The notes under the pieces were generated by a model. It was not told where the DNA came from and ran no database searches. It saw only the letters and a list, made by a program, of their open reading frames with translations. 64,000 nucleotides of DNA from positions 1 to 64,000 of IMG/VR virus record IMGVR_UViG_3300037961_002446. One strand, given 5' to 3'. Source of the DNA: an uncultured virus (IMG/VR IMGVR_UViG_3300037961_002446). Its lineage: Duplodnaviria; Heunggongvirae; Uroviricota; Caudoviricetes. Within the stretch, counting starts at the first letter, position 1, and every line of letters begins with the position of its first letter. Below, piece after piece: positions 46,547-57,805 of this stretch. The position numbers were made by a program, and so were the translations under genes.

Positions 46547-47458
46547 TTATGTTAGTGTGATAACAACTGTATGAAAAGCAGTTTCAGTTTGTCCCGCAGT
46601 ATTTACAATTTCTACTTTATATCGTATGGTGAATGTTTCTCCTGCGAGAGGATTACCAAAAATAAATCTTACATCTCTAAATAAAAGCATAGATATTGGT
46701 TGAGAATTAGAATTATTTGATGTGCCTGTGTTTAGAACACCTGTTCCACAAATACCCCAATCGCTATTTGCCCCTGTTCCTGAAAACCCAACATCAGGAT
46801 AGGTGGAGGATATTGCTAATGAATCCTGTAATGGATAATTAGCACCAACACATACTGTTGATGGTGGGAAACTTAAACCTACTACAGGCAAAGCCTGAAA
46901 TCCCGTCCAAGACATAATTACATTATCTACTTCATAACGATTTAATGTTTGAAGTCCATTTGGGCATTCTAAATAAGTAGCGGAATTGAAGAAAATTTGT
47001 TCAGGAACAAGGCTGAAACCACCACCGCCACCACCAATACCGCCACCAATAGGGTCTTCGGGTTCAATAATAATCCCTCCTTCGGGGTCTTCGGGGTCGC
47101 CTCCTCCTCCTGAAAAAGGATTTAATTGTCCTAATGCTGCCGAATCAGCAAACTGAATTAAATCATTAGCGGGAAGGCTTAAATCTGTTTTATATTCATT
47201 ACTTGAAATTTGAGAATGAACAGGTGCAGAATTAAATACCAAAAAAGTCCCATTACCACTTATTTGATTTCCTAAAATAGGATTATTCAGTAAAGCGTTT
47301 CTCCAAATATATGGTAAAACTGCTTGAGTTCCTCCTTGTCTTTCAGCGAAGAAAACACCTTGACCGCCTCCACCACCTTGACCGCCACCTTGTTGGCCAC
47401 CGCTTACTGACCCTTTGAGCAAAAGGCCATTATTAACAAGAAATAATGGGTTATCCAT
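46547..47458 (-). CDS. Gly-rich putative virion/tail-associated protein
   Basis: 303 aa with Gly tracts; last gene of the tail operon. Confidence 0.6.
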   Translation of the reverse strand: MDNPLFLVNNGLLLKGSVSGGQQGGGQGGGGGQGVFFAERQGGTQAVLPYIWRNALLNNPILGNQISGNGTFLVFNSAPVHSQISSNEYKTDLSLPANDLIQFADSAALGQLNPFSGGGGDPEDPEGGIIIEPEDPIGGGIGGGGGGFSLVPEQIFFNSATYLECPNGLQTLNRYEVDNVIMSWTGFQALPVVGLSFPPSTVCVGANYPLQDSLAISSTYPDVGFSGTGANSDWGICGTGVLNTGTSNNSNSQPISMLLFRDVRFIFGNPLAGETFTIRYKVEIVNTAGQTETAFHTVVITLT

Positions 47459-47462
47459 TTAA

Positions 47463-49541
47463 TCACCCGATTATTTGCCATTCTCTATTTTCAGTATAAA
47501 TGAAAGTCTTTCCACTTCCTGCGCTTATTGCTATAGGGAAAGTAGAAATTGGGTTTTGAGATATTTCAAAGAAACTATCTTCTACGCTATTTCCTAAACC
47601 TTTAGCAGAAAACATATGTTTCTCTTGCACTGTAAACTCAGGTCTATCTATGTTAGTTGTTCCCTGTGTAACTAAAAAAGAATATTGAGTTCCGATAGGA
47701 GGCCTATTTGGTAGCATTATTTCATTAGCCCCTGAACAAATAAAAGTAGTTCCTGTTAAATGAACAGGAATATGTCTGTAAGCATCAGCAAGCCTAACAA
47801 TATTAGCATTACCATTATTGCCCGTTGAACTTGTAATAAACCATTGNNNNNNNNNNCATTGGCTCGGTGATAATACAGGTGCATTTTGTTGTTGTTGCTG
47901 TGCAGAAGCAAATAGCCCTTGTGTAGCAAATACATCATTTGTATGGTCGCTTCCTATTTCATCTGCCGTTCCTGTAATTGCTTGTAAAGTAACTGATTCT
48001 CTTGGTTTTAGTAAAATAGCGTCCCTGTCAATCTCATTATTAGCGGGATATAATAGACTAGTCAATAATATTTCGCTTAAGTCTACGCATTTTTCATTTC
48101 CTTCTTGGCTAAAAAAGAATTCTGTTGGCCTATATCCTCCATTTACTTTATTTCTAATAAATGCGGTTGAAGGGTCAGTAGCCGACTTATCCACTATTAT
48201 AACATATACCGCAAATGAAGTTATATTGTGCAAAGTTACCGTTCTTTTCGCATTATTTTCTGGTGTGTCTAAAGGAAAAAATAAAGCACCATTAGCAAAA
48301 ACCTCTTCAGGCGCATAAGTATATGCCGTTAAATCAGCCGCATTTACTACAGTCGCATTGGCCTGAGTCAAGAATTCATAATTAGTCCCACTTCCTACAA
48401 CTCCTCCTTGTCCTGTTGAAAGGGGATTTGTTATGCTTCCAAGATAATGAGAGTTAGCGTTATTAGAAGAATCATAACCAATGTAATAATGTTCTCTAAC
48501 AGGAGAAACAGCAGGATTACTAAATGGGCCGATTAGATTCATAATTTCATCAATACTAGGATATGCATGAACAGAAACATATCCGCCTTGTGCCGCATCA
48601 GCCGCTAAAAAACTACTTTTGGTTCTTTTTCCTACTGAATCTATACCTCCGAGTATGTTTGTTTGTGAAAGACTCCCACCTGCAACATCACCTTGCAGGG
48701 CTTGGATATTGCCTGTTGTAGCAACTACATTTGTATTAGCAAGTATTTGACCAGCATTTGCCGCAATATCGCCTGTGGTAGAAAGAATGCCTGTTCCCGA
48801 TACAATATTTTGTGTTGTTGTTAAAACACCTGTTAAATCAAGGGTTGGTTCTCCTTCAACGGCAGTAATAGCATCGCTTCCTGTAAATTGATTTCCTACA
48901 TTTTGAGGCGCAACAAGTTTTAGCCTATTGTTTGTAGCATCTCTAATAAGAAGCCTATCAGCAGAAACATCTATTCCTGCTATATCAGATAATGAACTAC
49001 CTGTTAATTCTATATTTCCTGAAGCATCAGATTTTAGAGTTAATGCTTCACTAAAACTATTTCCGCTTTCAAAACCTACAGTTATACCATTACTTGTTTT
49101 GCTAGTAGTTAAAAATTGAAATTCCATAGTTGTTGAGTTAGCAGTATATAGAATTAAAGCGATAGGAATATCGCCATCATCATATTCAGGAACGGCATTA
49201 GTTGTAGATGTAGTTCTAACTGCTAAAGTATTGCTAGCATTAGCAACCAATAGACTGTAAGTTGTGTTTATTCCACCTGCCGTTCCTATATTTAGATTAG
49301 AACTAGTAGCAGGAATATCTGTAAGAACACCATCTCTAAGCACTTTACCTGCGGTAACACTTATTGAAGAACTGCCTTGAGCAGTTATGTTAAATCCTGT
49401 AGAAGACTTTACCGCATAATTACCACCAAGACCCACGCTTAATGCCTTAATTATTCCTGAATGAGGAAAGTCTGCTCCATCTGTTATCTGTGCGGTTGGG
49501 GCAATACTCATTCTGCTATATTGATTTGAATTATTTACCAT
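47463..49541 (-). CDS. Putative tail fibre/receptor-binding protein
   Basis: 692 aa, S/T/G/N-rich, with short beta-repeats (TTGDIAANAG, TTGNIQALQG); contains a 10-N gap. Confidence 0.65.
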   Translation of the reverse strand: MVNNSNQYSRMSIAPTAQITDGADFPHSGIIKALSVGLGGNYAVKSSTGFNITAQGSSSISVTAGKVLRDGVLTDIPATSSNLNIGTAGGINTTYSLLVANASNTLAVRTTSTTNAVPEYDDGDIPIALILYTANSTTMEFQFLTTSKTSNGITVGFESGNSFSEALTLKSDASGNIELTGSSLSDIAGIDVSADRLLIRDATNNRLKLVAPQNVGNQFTGSDAITAVEGEPTLDLTGVLTTTQNIVSGTGILSTTGDIAANAGQILANTNVVATTGNIQALQGDVAGGSLSQTNILGGIDSVGKRTKSSFLAADAAQGGYVSVHAYPSIDEIMNLIGPFSNPAVSPVREHYYIGYDSSNNANSHYLGSITNPLSTGQGGVVGSGTNYEFLTQANATVVNAADLTAYTYAPEEVFANGALFFPLDTPENNAKRTVTLHNITSFAVYVIIVDKSATDPSTAFIRNKVNGGYRPTEFFFSQEGNEKCVDLSEILLTSLLYPANNEIDRDAILLKPRESVTLQAITGTADEIGSDHTNDVFATQGLFASAQQQQQNAPVLSPSQXXXXQWFITSSTGNNGNANIVRLADAYRHIPVHLTGTTFICSGANEIMLPNRPPIGTQYSFLVTQGTTNIDRPEFTVQEKHMFSAKGLGNSVEDSFFEISQNPISTFPIAISAGSGKTFIYTENREWQIIG

Positions 49542-49542
49542 A

Positions 49543-49902
49543 CTACTCTACCTCCATTGTTATGAATAACTGTAATCTATCTGTTGCGTTAAATGGCCCA
49601 ACCCCTTCAAAATTTATTCTTTGTAAAAGTTTAGCCGTAGAGTCATTAGCATCAGCATGATTAAACAACCCCACTTCTCTTATGACTTGCCCTAAAATAT
49701 CAGAACCTAATATTTCTAGTTTGGCCTGAACTACATTACCGCTAGACTTTTCTACTGTTTTTGCTACACTAACGGAGGTTAAAGGCACATCTAAAGACAT
49801 TGAGAGAGGGCTACTTGAGTTTCCTCCCAAGCCTATCTGACCCGACAATATCATGTCTTTTACATGGGTTGCTAATAGTGATTTCATCTCATCGGTTATC
49901 AT
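49543..49902 (-). CDS. Small tail/baseplate protein
   Basis: IREVGLF motif typical of fibre-attachment domains. Confidence 0.6.
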   Translation of the reverse strand: MITDEMKSLLATHVKDMILSGQIGLGGNSSSPLSMSLDVPLTSVSVAKTVEKSSGNVVQAKLEILGSDILGQVIREVGLFNHADANDSTAKLLQRINFEGVGPFNATDRLQLFITMEVE

Positions 49903-52900
49903 AAGTCATCGTCCTGTAATAGTGTGTGGGTGATTGTTCCGCCAAATCCAATCACCTTAAAATTTGTATTAAATGTATTGGCGAATCCGATTGTTGCGCC
50001 CGACTGTTCCCTTTTTCTAAGAGTTAAATTGATTTCTTTTATGTTAATGTTTTCAAAGAAATCATAAAAGTTTTCATTAGTAGGCAGGTCTTTCTTTCTA
50101 AGATGTGAGTTTGTTTGAGCCGAAGTATCTCTAATATCTGCTAAAGTATCTTCTAAGTTTCTAAAGTATTTACCTAAAACTAAATTAGTTAGACCACTAA
50201 TATTATATTCTGCTTCTAAAACAATATATGTGCCTCTATCTATATTTTCTTGTTTTATTTCTACTGTAACCACATTACCCGCAGATAAAGTTCTAGCATC
50301 GTTAATGTTTACTTGTATTTGTAATCCTTGTATTTCATTATTATATATTTGTAGTAAATTAAATGCTTTCTTATCTACTTCGGCTTGAGTAGTTAAATGC
50401 TTATCAAATGATTCAAAGGTTTTTCTTCCTATTTTTCTAATACTTTGAATATTCTTTTTTACTGACTTATGGTTTGAACCGTAAACTACAACTTCGTTAA
50501 AGAAATCAAATTCATTTTTTAGCAACTCATAAGATATAATATTGTTTTCATTAAAATAATACCTGCTACCAAAAGAACTATCATTTTGGTCTTTTAGAGT
50601 AAATGTTCCTTTTGTATTTACTAGTCTTATTTCTTTTAGATTTAGTAAGTATCTTGCTAGAGAATATAATGTAGTCCCTTGAAAGTTAGGAGAAGCAAAA
50701 ACAGGATAGTTTTGATGAGTTAAATTAAAACTAATATCATTCTCTACTAATAGTTCTTCTACCAAGTCTTCTATTTCTTTTGATATATCTACTGTAGAAC
50801 CAATTAACGCTCTTTTTGCAGAAGAATCTAAATTGCTATTTATGCCTACATTAATTTCAAAGGTTTCTGAACAAGAAACTACTCCCAATAATTTCTTTTT
50901 AATTTCAGAAAATTTTAATGTAGTATTGGTAGAATTGTGGCTAGAAGACATTTGCCCCAAAACTCTATTTTCCCCATCACTAAGAACCATCTCTTTGTTT
51001 AGGTTTGATAGGAAGGTTCTTTCTGCTGATGTTTTTAATACAGTATTATTGCTTCCTCCTAGATTATCTAAATCTGCAATCACATACATAGACTGAACTC
51101 CCTCTAAACTATCTCTACGATTTTTTCCTGAAGCCCCTTTAACAACATCATAATCAGGAAAATCTAACGCATACATATCATCAGAATACATTTTTTTGGT
51201 ATATCTACAACTTAGTTGGTTAATATTAAACTGTGATGGGCTTTTTTCCCAAAAACAAACTTGATTAGGCTGCATTATTTTATACCAATGATTTCCTAAT
51301 TCCCTATCTAGCATAAGAATTGAAGCCTCTTCTGTGACACTACTCCCATCTATTGTTCTTTCAGTATCTAACTCATGAGAAATAACATAAATTAGATTAT
51401 CTACATTTAATTCAGAACTACTCATACCAAAATGAGAACTAGTTGAACCAGAAAAGACAGTATCATCAGGATATTTTCCTGAAATAGGAACTAAATAACA
51501 ACCTGTTAAATCTACAAATTGTAAAAATTTATTTCTTCCTGAATGTTCTACTCTATACACATTAGTATCGTTTGCTCCTTTAGCAGCAAATTTATAGTTT
51601 GCATCAGGAGAACTAGATGATGCTATTTCTTCTATTCCTCCTGTTATATTACATAAGTGCGGTTTAAGTCCTATTACTGCTCCTTCTTGTGTATCTGAAA
51701 AATTGCTTACTGCACTATTTCTTTGTGTTCCTTTAAAATTAGCATATCTACTTCTAGAATTTATTATAGGAATACTCATAGTTTCGCTATTTCCTCTATT
51801 ACCTAAATGCTGACCAAAATTATCTATGAGTTCTAAAGACATTGATGTAAGACTAGCAGTTGTTCCTTCCTTTCCGTCATTTAAAGAAACTTCTATATCA
51901 TGGTGGCCTAATATGGTTGCTTTAATATTGGTTAAATCATTTTTAAGAGTAGAATCATGGCTTACAGAATTAGGCATAAATGATTCATCTATCCACTTAA
52001 ATATAGAACTGATGTGGTTTTTTCTTGCAGGTCTTTTGTTCACAAAACCAATATCGTCACCGCTAATATCTGCAATAAGAGAAGTATTTAGGTTAATTCT
52101 TCCTGTTGCGGCATCAACAGACTCAACAACTGTAACTGTTTCATTAAGGTTAGTATCAACAGGGTAAATTCCTGAAATAAATTTACCACCTGCGGGGTCA
52201 GTCACATTAGGATTATGCCCTCCACCGCCTATACCCACATAAGCACCAACTGTTAATTGACTAACATCTGAAGCGGTTTGAGCAGTAACAAAGTAATCTC
52301 CAGCAGTTCCATCACAGACTATTCTTGTATATTGTATTCCAAAATGCTTGTTATCATATTGACTGTAAGGAGCAGATGCAGTGTAAAAAGCGACAGGAAA
52401 AGCCAATGTAGCCTTGTATACTGCTCCTCCTCCTACTTTTTCCATTGGTTGAGCAAATTCGTCCCACCATGCTCCTGATTTATCAGCAGTAAATCCGCTT
52501 TGTAGACTATCAGAAAGAATCCATTTATTCATATTTATTCTTGGAGTGGTAGCGTTATTAACATCAAAAATACTAGTAGTATCTTCCCCATGTCCTATTA
52601 CCATAAACTGTCTATTTATATCAGCATCAGACCTTTTAATAGCATAGATATTAGTATCTTCGGGCAATAATGCACCGTTTATTTTCTGCAATTCTCCTAC
52701 TATTTGTATAACTGACCCTACAGCATTTACTTGACCCCATACCTTTCCATTGGGTTCTTCCTCACTTACATAAACCAATATATCTCCTGCTGTTAAATTG
52801 GCTACAGAAGTGACACTTGCTGCATTTGCGGTTTTAAGGCTAACATTAAATGTAGTTCCGAGATTACCGACATCAGTAATACCATCTGCTCCTATTTTTA

Positions 52901-55900
52901 TTTGGTCGCCATTACCGTCTACTACTGAAAAAATATCTCCTACTTTGAAAAAAACTGCTTCTTGGAGGGGAGTGTGTTTAATAGGTTCTTCAGGATTAAT
53001 AGGATTCCAAGCCCAATCATAAACACATTCTGTTAAACGCATAATCCCAAACCTAGTTAGGGAAGAAAGAGCCTTGTTAGATTCAACAATAGAGTCTTGT
53101 GTATAGTTCTTGTCTAAGTATTGTATAGATTTTGTTCCTCCTATTGCATTAGCATGAGATACACTATTTGTTGATAAATTAGGTTCTGTTAAAGTAAAAA
53201 GTCCTAAAGTAGATATATCTAAGTTAGCATCTAAGTGTGAATTTAATAGACTATCTCTTCTATCAGATGAATATACATTTAAATCAGAATTAGCAAACAA
53301 AAACAACCTATAAGCCCTAGTATCTTCTTGCCTTAATATTTTTTCTACACTAAAAGCATCGTTCCAAAGAGAACTATACCGAGCAGTAGGTCTGCAAAAT
53401 GGTAGTATTTTATCTTCTGCTGAAAAGGTAGAATGTATTTTTCTATTTGCATAATTAGAGCCTGTAATAGGCACTATTCCTTTTTGTTCTTTTGGTAAGT
53501 GTTGAGTATGTCCTTGAGAAATACCTGTTTTATCCACAGGAATATTTTTTCCTTTGTATGTATTAGCCGAATATCTAAAATTAAAATTATCTGCGTATAT
53601 TCTTTGTTTTTTAGCACTACTAATAGCAGGATTAGAATTCACATCTTTTTCAAATACTCCAAAATTACCTTTTTCTAGGTTATTTATTTTAAATGTGGCT
53701 CTACCAAAGGCACTTGAATAAGATTTACTTGTTGCTTGATTAAATAATGAATAATCTAGAAGAGTTTGAGATGGGCCTAATAGACCTAAAATCTTACCAC
53801 CGTGTAAATGACTTCCATTTATTAAAGATAAATCATGTTCTTTTTTAGATAGACCCTGTAATGTTTGTATAACTGAACCCTGCATATTCACATATCTATC
53901 TGTGTCTATTCGTTTTCCTGCGGCAAGTGAAGGAAGAACTATATCATGTGTATCTATTACATACCCAACAAATACACCATCAAGATAAAGAGGGTCATGA
54001 GGTTTTAGGGCATCAAAATTAGAAGTGCTAGTTGATAGATAAAGAGTATTTCCGTTAAGATTTCCAGATAGAGTTCCTATCTCGGTAAAAGAAGCATCTT
54101 TAGTATTATTATAATTAATATCTACTCTTCCTAAAGTTAAGGGAACATACGGTGCTAGTTTAACTATTTTATTTGTTTTATTATCGCTAACAGAAATAAC
54201 CTCAAAATCAATCAAGGTATTTATGGTATCGGTATTTAAACCATCAATAACTGCTTCAAAGGGACTATCTGTATCAATATTATTTACATTACTAAGCGAA
54301 TATCCTACTGCTAATGGGTTATTTGAAGAACTAGACCCTGCTAATTGTATTCCTCCTACAGGTGTTAAAGCATTGTAATCTCCTATCAAAGTATGTCCTT
54401 CTCTAAATGAAATTCCTTTATCACTAGCCCCATCTAAACTAGTTAGTGAGGTTATTAATGCGTTATGACTTAACGCTTTATTGAAAATGTTTCTTTTGTT
54501 AGATTCATAATATAATTCTGCTTGGTAAATACCGTTAGAATTAGTTGTCGTTAATGCCTTATTATACAAATCTATATTTGTATTTGTTGAATTTGCCGAT
54601 GCGACTCCTATAAACGCATAAGTGTTGTTAAGTGTTTTAGCCCAAAGTTTTGTGTTTTTAGCAATAGTGCAACTATCAGCAATTGTAATACTTGTATCAA
54701 AATTACAATCAGTTATTTTAACCGCATTATTACTAGAATCCAAAACAGGACTTAATTTATTATATGGGCTTAAACTACTATAAATAATATCACTTGAAAA
54801 TAAAGTTTCTTTATTCACAATAGGGTCTATTAATTTTGAAAACGCATTTCTTCCACTAAAAATCACTTTAGGTATTCCATTCTCTATTTTTCTTTCTGTT
54901 GTTTCTACTTTTCCTGTAAAGGTTTCATATATCAAAATATATTTACCATCTACATATTCTATTCCTGAGTTATTTGGCCATCTATGATTTTCCTTAAAAT
55001 TCAAATACAAAAGACCGTCTTTATCTTCAGGGGGATTACCCATAGTCCCCGCAGTAGAAGGAAAAGGAAGAACATCTATTTCTATATTTTTAAAATCAAA
55101 TGTCATTAGTCTAACGCTTAATTTTCCCATATTAGTTTCTTCAAACGGTATCTTAGTTAGCAAGGTATTGTCTTGAATATTTAATGCTCTCCTGTAAACC
55201 TTTTCGCCTACTTCTAGAAGATTTAAAGAAGCATTACTATGAAACTTTCCTTCTGTTTCTAATCTAGATAAATCCATTATGGTTAATTCAGTTTCAGAAG
55301 GCGTAGAATCAACAATGCATATTCTGTTACCTATTTTTACTTCATCGTTTGCATTCAGATATTTAGTAATGTCTTGTGAAAATGATGAATCAAACTCTAG
55401 AAGATAATTATGAGTAGAACCTGTAGAAATTATAGTTCCTAATTGTGCTATTTCTATCCATTCGGTAAAAGAGGCTGAACCTATTGATTGTTTTACTTCT
55501 AGTTCTTTTCCTGTTTCTATTTTAGTTCCTAATATTTGCATATTATCTATACAGGTATTTTTACAATATGCTGCCTTTCCTGAAAAAGACTCTTGAACAG
55601 AAGAATCTGAAACATTAGATACTTTATTACTAGAAATAGGAGAAGTGTTATAATGTAAATAACGAGTTGGGCCTGTAAAAGAATAAGCATTGTTAGTATT
55701 ATCAGAATCTCTTTTGGCATTGTAGAAAGAACCATCAAAAGTAGTATAGTCAGAAGTCCAAGAAACTCCTTCATTAGCAGTATCTACATCAGGGTCATCT
55801 TTTATTCTTAAATTATCTTTGGTCTTTACGATGTAAGTATATTTACTTCTATCCATTATTCTGTTTCTATAATCATCTACTGTAATAAAAGCGGTCTTAT

Positions 55901-56570
55901 GGTTAGTAGAATTAAAATTACCTACATTTTCTCTAAGCCATGCAAAATGCTTGGTAGAATGGTCTAATTCATTTTTCTTTTTTAGGTTCTCGTTATGAAA
56001 ATACCATAAAGGCCTAGAAACAATAACATCTTCATGAGTAGTAGAAAATGCGGGGTCTGCTAATAGACCTGCTGTTAAAGCAACAGGCCGATACTCTATT
56101 TGATTGCCTTCCATTACTAAAAATTTAGTTCCTTTTTTAATTGCATTACCTAATTTCGGTTCAAATTGAAATTTATCACCAAAAACATCTGAGGTTTCAA
56201 TACTAGTAATTCTAGCAAAATGATGTAAATTAGGATTATCCGAATTAACTAATACATAATGGTCGTGTGTTTCTAGATTAACAGAAGCCAAACTGATTCC
56301 TGTTTCTGTAAAAGAATTATAACACTTTATACTAAAACCATCTGTGTTTTCTAAATTAGTAAATTCTTGATTGATAGAAGACTGTGAACCGCCTGTTATT
56401 GTGGAGAAACCACTTCCTGCGGTGCTTCCGTCTGTTCTAATGAGGCCATAGATTCTAGTATTTGTTGCAGGTGTAATTGTAGAATCTAATTTAGGGTGAG
56501 TAGGAACATCAAAGTTATTGTTAGCAGGATTGTTATACAGGCTCGGCAACCCACCGATAGTTAGCGTCAT
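49899..56570 (-). CDS. Giant tail tip/hub protein (2223 aa)
   Basis: Beta-rich. Hub-like motifs FTGKVE...FSGRN near residue 550 and C-terminal NEVVVYG...L.AG.VV.V are separated by a long insert. Confidence 0.7.
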   Translation of the reverse strand: MTLTIGGLPSLYNNPANNNFDVPTHPKLDSTITPATNTRIYGLIRTDGSTAGSGFSTITGGSQSSINQEFTNLENTDGFSIKCYNSFTETGISLASVNLETHDHYVLVNSDNPNLHHFARITSIETSDVFGDKFQFEPKLGNAIKKGTKFLVMEGNQIEYRPVALTAGLLADPAFSTTHEDVIVSRPLWYFHNENLKKKNELDHSTKHFAWLRENVGNFNSTNHKTAFITVDDYRNRIMDRSKYTYIVKTKDNLRIKDDPDVDTANEGVSWTSDYTTFDGSFYNAKRDSDNTNNAYSFTGPTRYLHYNTSPISSNKVSNVSDSSVQESFSGKAAYCKNTCIDNMQILGTKIETGKELEVKQSIGSASFTEWIEIAQLGTIISTGSTHNYLLEFDSSFSQDITKYLNANDEVKIGNRICIVDSTPSETELTIMDLSRLETEGKFHSNASLNLLEVGEKVYRRALNIQDNTLLTKIPFEETNMGKLSVRLMTFDFKNIEIDVLPFPSTAGTMGNPPEDKDGLLYLNFKENHRWPNNSGIEYVDGKYILIYETFTGKVETTERKIENGIPKVIFSGRNAFSKLIDPIVNKETLFSSDIIYSSLSPYNKLSPVLDSSNNAVKITDCNFDTSITIADSCTIAKNTKLWAKTLNNTYAFIGVASANSTNTNIDLYNKALTTTNSNGIYQAELYYESNKRNIFNKALSHNALITSLTSLDGASDKGISFREGHTLIGDYNALTPVGGIQLAGSSSSNNPLAVGYSLSNVNNIDTDSPFEAVIDGLNTDTINTLIDFEVISVSDNKTNKIVKLAPYVPLTLGRVDINYNNTKDASFTEIGTLSGNLNGNTLYLSTSTSNFDALKPHDPLYLDGVFVGYVIDTHDIVLPSLAAGKRIDTDRYVNMQGSVIQTLQGLSKKEHDLSLINGSHLHGGKILGLLGPSQTLLDYSLFNQATSKSYSSAFGRATFKINNLEKGNFGVFEKDVNSNPAISSAKKQRIYADNFNFRYSANTYKGKNIPVDKTGISQGHTQHLPKEQKGIVPITGSNYANRKIHSTFSAEDKILPFCRPTARYSSLWNDAFSVEKILRQEDTRAYRLFLFANSDLNVYSSDRRDSLLNSHLDANLDISTLGLFTLTEPNLSTNSVSHANAIGGTKSIQYLDKNYTQDSIVESNKALSSLTRFGIMRLTECVYDWAWNPINPEEPIKHTPLQEAVFFKVGDIFSVVDGNGDQIKIGADGITDVGNLGTTFNVSLKTANAASVTSVANLTAGDILVYVSEEEPNGKVWGQVNAVGSVIQIVGELQKINGALLPEDTNIYAIKRSDADINRQFMVIGHGEDTTSIFDVNNATTPRINMNKWILSDSLQSGFTADKSGAWWDEFAQPMEKVGGGAVYKATLAFPVAFYTASAPYSQYDNKHFGIQYTRIVCDGTAGDYFVTAQTASDVSQLTVGAYVGIGGGGHNPNVTDPAGGKFISGIYPVDTNLNETVTVVESVDAATGRINLNTSLIADISGDDIGFVNKRPARKNHISSIFKWIDESFMPNSVSHDSTLKNDLTNIKATILGHHDIEVSLNDGKEGTTASLTSMSLELIDNFGQHLGNRGNSETMSIPIINSRSRYANFKGTQRNSAVSNFSDTQEGAVIGLKPHLCNITGGIEEIASSSSPDANYKFAAKGANDTNVYRVEHSGRNKFLQFVDLTGCYLVPISGKYPDDTVFSGSTSSHFGMSSSELNVDNLIYVISHELDTERTIDGSSVTEEASILMLDRELGNHWYKIMQPNQVCFWEKSPSQFNINQLSCRYTKKMYSDDMYALDFPDYDVVKGASGKNRRDSLEGVQSMYVIADLDNLGGSNNTVLKTSAERTFLSNLNKEMVLSDGENRVLGQMSSSHNSTNTTLKFSEIKKKLLGVVSCSETFEINVGINSNLDSSAKRALIGSTVDISKEIEDLVEELLVENDISFNLTHQNYPVFASPNFQGTTLYSLARYLLNLKEIRLVNTKGTFTLKDQNDSSFGSRYYFNENNIISYELLKNEFDFFNEVVVYGSNHKSVKKNIQSIRKIGRKTFESFDKHLTTQAEVDKKAFNLLQIYNNEIQGLQIQVNINDARTLSAGNVVTVEIKQENIDRGTYIVLEAEYNISGLTNLVLGKYFRNLEDTLADIRDTSAQTNSHLRKKDLPTNENFYDFFENINIKEINLTLRKREQSGATIGFANTFNTNFKVIGFGGTITHTLLQDDDL

Positions 56571-57796
56571 AAGTCAGCCTCCTCAAATTGTAGGTATAAT
56601 AGCGTATTATCAAATTTAGGCATTAAAGCGTGTAATTGATTAAAATTTTTCTTGTAAGTATTTTCTACACATAACTCATGGATTTCTCCCATAAATTGCT
56701 TATCTGTAGAGGCATCGTTATCAGCAATAGTGTTCTTGCCTATTATAAAATCACTACGAGAAAATGAAAATTTTCCACTATCCATGCTTTGCGCCCTTGA
56801 GCCTGTTTTTACTAATGCTCCATTGTAATAGATAGAAATTCTCCTAGAAGTTTCGCTATATGCTACTGCTATATGATGTGTATTATCAATATACTTTGGC
56901 TCTTTGAAAGTTTTTACATAAAGACTAGTGCCTTGATTGAATGATACGGCATTTACTCCATTATCAAGATTATCTAGTTCTATTCCGTAAGACCAAACAC
57001 TTGGAAAATAATTTAATGTTTTGATTTTTCCTAACGAATAATAATCAAACTGTCCTTGATTTATAGTATCTAAAATATTTAATGGGCCTACTATATCTTC
57101 TGCACGAATAAATATTTCTTGCCCTATATAGAAATTAGTCGCTCCTCCCGCATGACTAAGAACATCTATTCCTTGATTGAACTGTCCTCCTGCATAATTC
57201 TGAGTATTAGCAATCCCTATATCATCGTAGATAATTTGACCATCTTCATTAATTCCTGAAAGCCTGTTTGCTACCGAAACAAGTCCTGTATTTCTTTTAT
57301 ACATTCTATTAGTGGCGGCTTGTATTACAGTAGGGCTTGTGATAACACTAGTATTATTACCATTTGATTGATAATTTACTACTTTAATGGCGTATTCTGC
57401 GGGCTGATTTTTATTTGTGGTAGTGGTATTAAGCAAACTAATAGAAAAATAATCATTGTAAAACAACATCATTTCATGGCCGAATCTACTTGCAGTAGGT
57501 AAATAAGTTTCTGAAATATTACCTGTATTAGCGGGCATAATTCCTTTTGTAGTATTTGCTTCCGGTCTTCCTAATAGACCATCAGAAGGTTGCCCGTTTA
57601 TATCGTAAGGAGTAATAATTGCTTGAAAAGTAAAAGAACCTACATTTGACCAAATGCCATAAGGAATATCATCAGTAGTATCATTAGGAGTGCCTTCTAT
57701 ATCAACTATGTTTTCAGCATATGGAATAACTACATGAGCATTACACATAATGGGGAAAGTTAAACTCTTATTTTTCCCTACAAAAACATCATACAT
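56567..57796 (-). CDS. LamG/concanavalin-like tail protein
   Basis: SFTFQAII, HHIAVAY...IYYNG, IIG, FMGEIHEL. Confidence 0.75.
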   Translation of the reverse strand: MYDVFVGKNKSLTFPIMCNAHVVIPYAENIVDIEGTPNDTTDDIPYGIWSNVGSFTFQAIITPYDINGQPSDGLLGRPEANTTKGIMPANTGNISETYLPTASRFGHEMMLFYNDYFSISLLNTTTTNKNQPAEYAIKVVNYQSNGNNTSVITSPTVIQAATNRMYKRNTGLVSVANRLSGINEDGQIIYDDIGIANTQNYAGGQFNQGIDVLSHAGGATNFYIGQEIFIRAEDIVGPLNILDTINQGQFDYYSLGKIKTLNYFPSVWSYGIELDNLDNGVNAVSFNQGTSLYVKTFKEPKYIDNTHHIAVAYSETSRRISIYYNGALVKTGSRAQSMDSGKFSFSRSDFIIGKNTIADNDASTDKQFMGEIHELCVENTYKKNFNQLHALMPKFDNTLLYLQFEEADL

Positions 57797-57805
57797 AATA
57801 TCAAC

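Noticed and set aside
47021..47400. Gly-codon repeats as a diversity-generating or VNTR locus
   Set aside because: Low-complexity Gly linkers only; no template/variable repeat pair or reverse transcriptase seen.
47847..47856. Run of 10 N in the tail fibre gene as a variable locus
   Set aside because: CATTG occurs on both sides; merging the two copies restores an in-frame S-Q-W, so this is most likely a scaffolding artefact.
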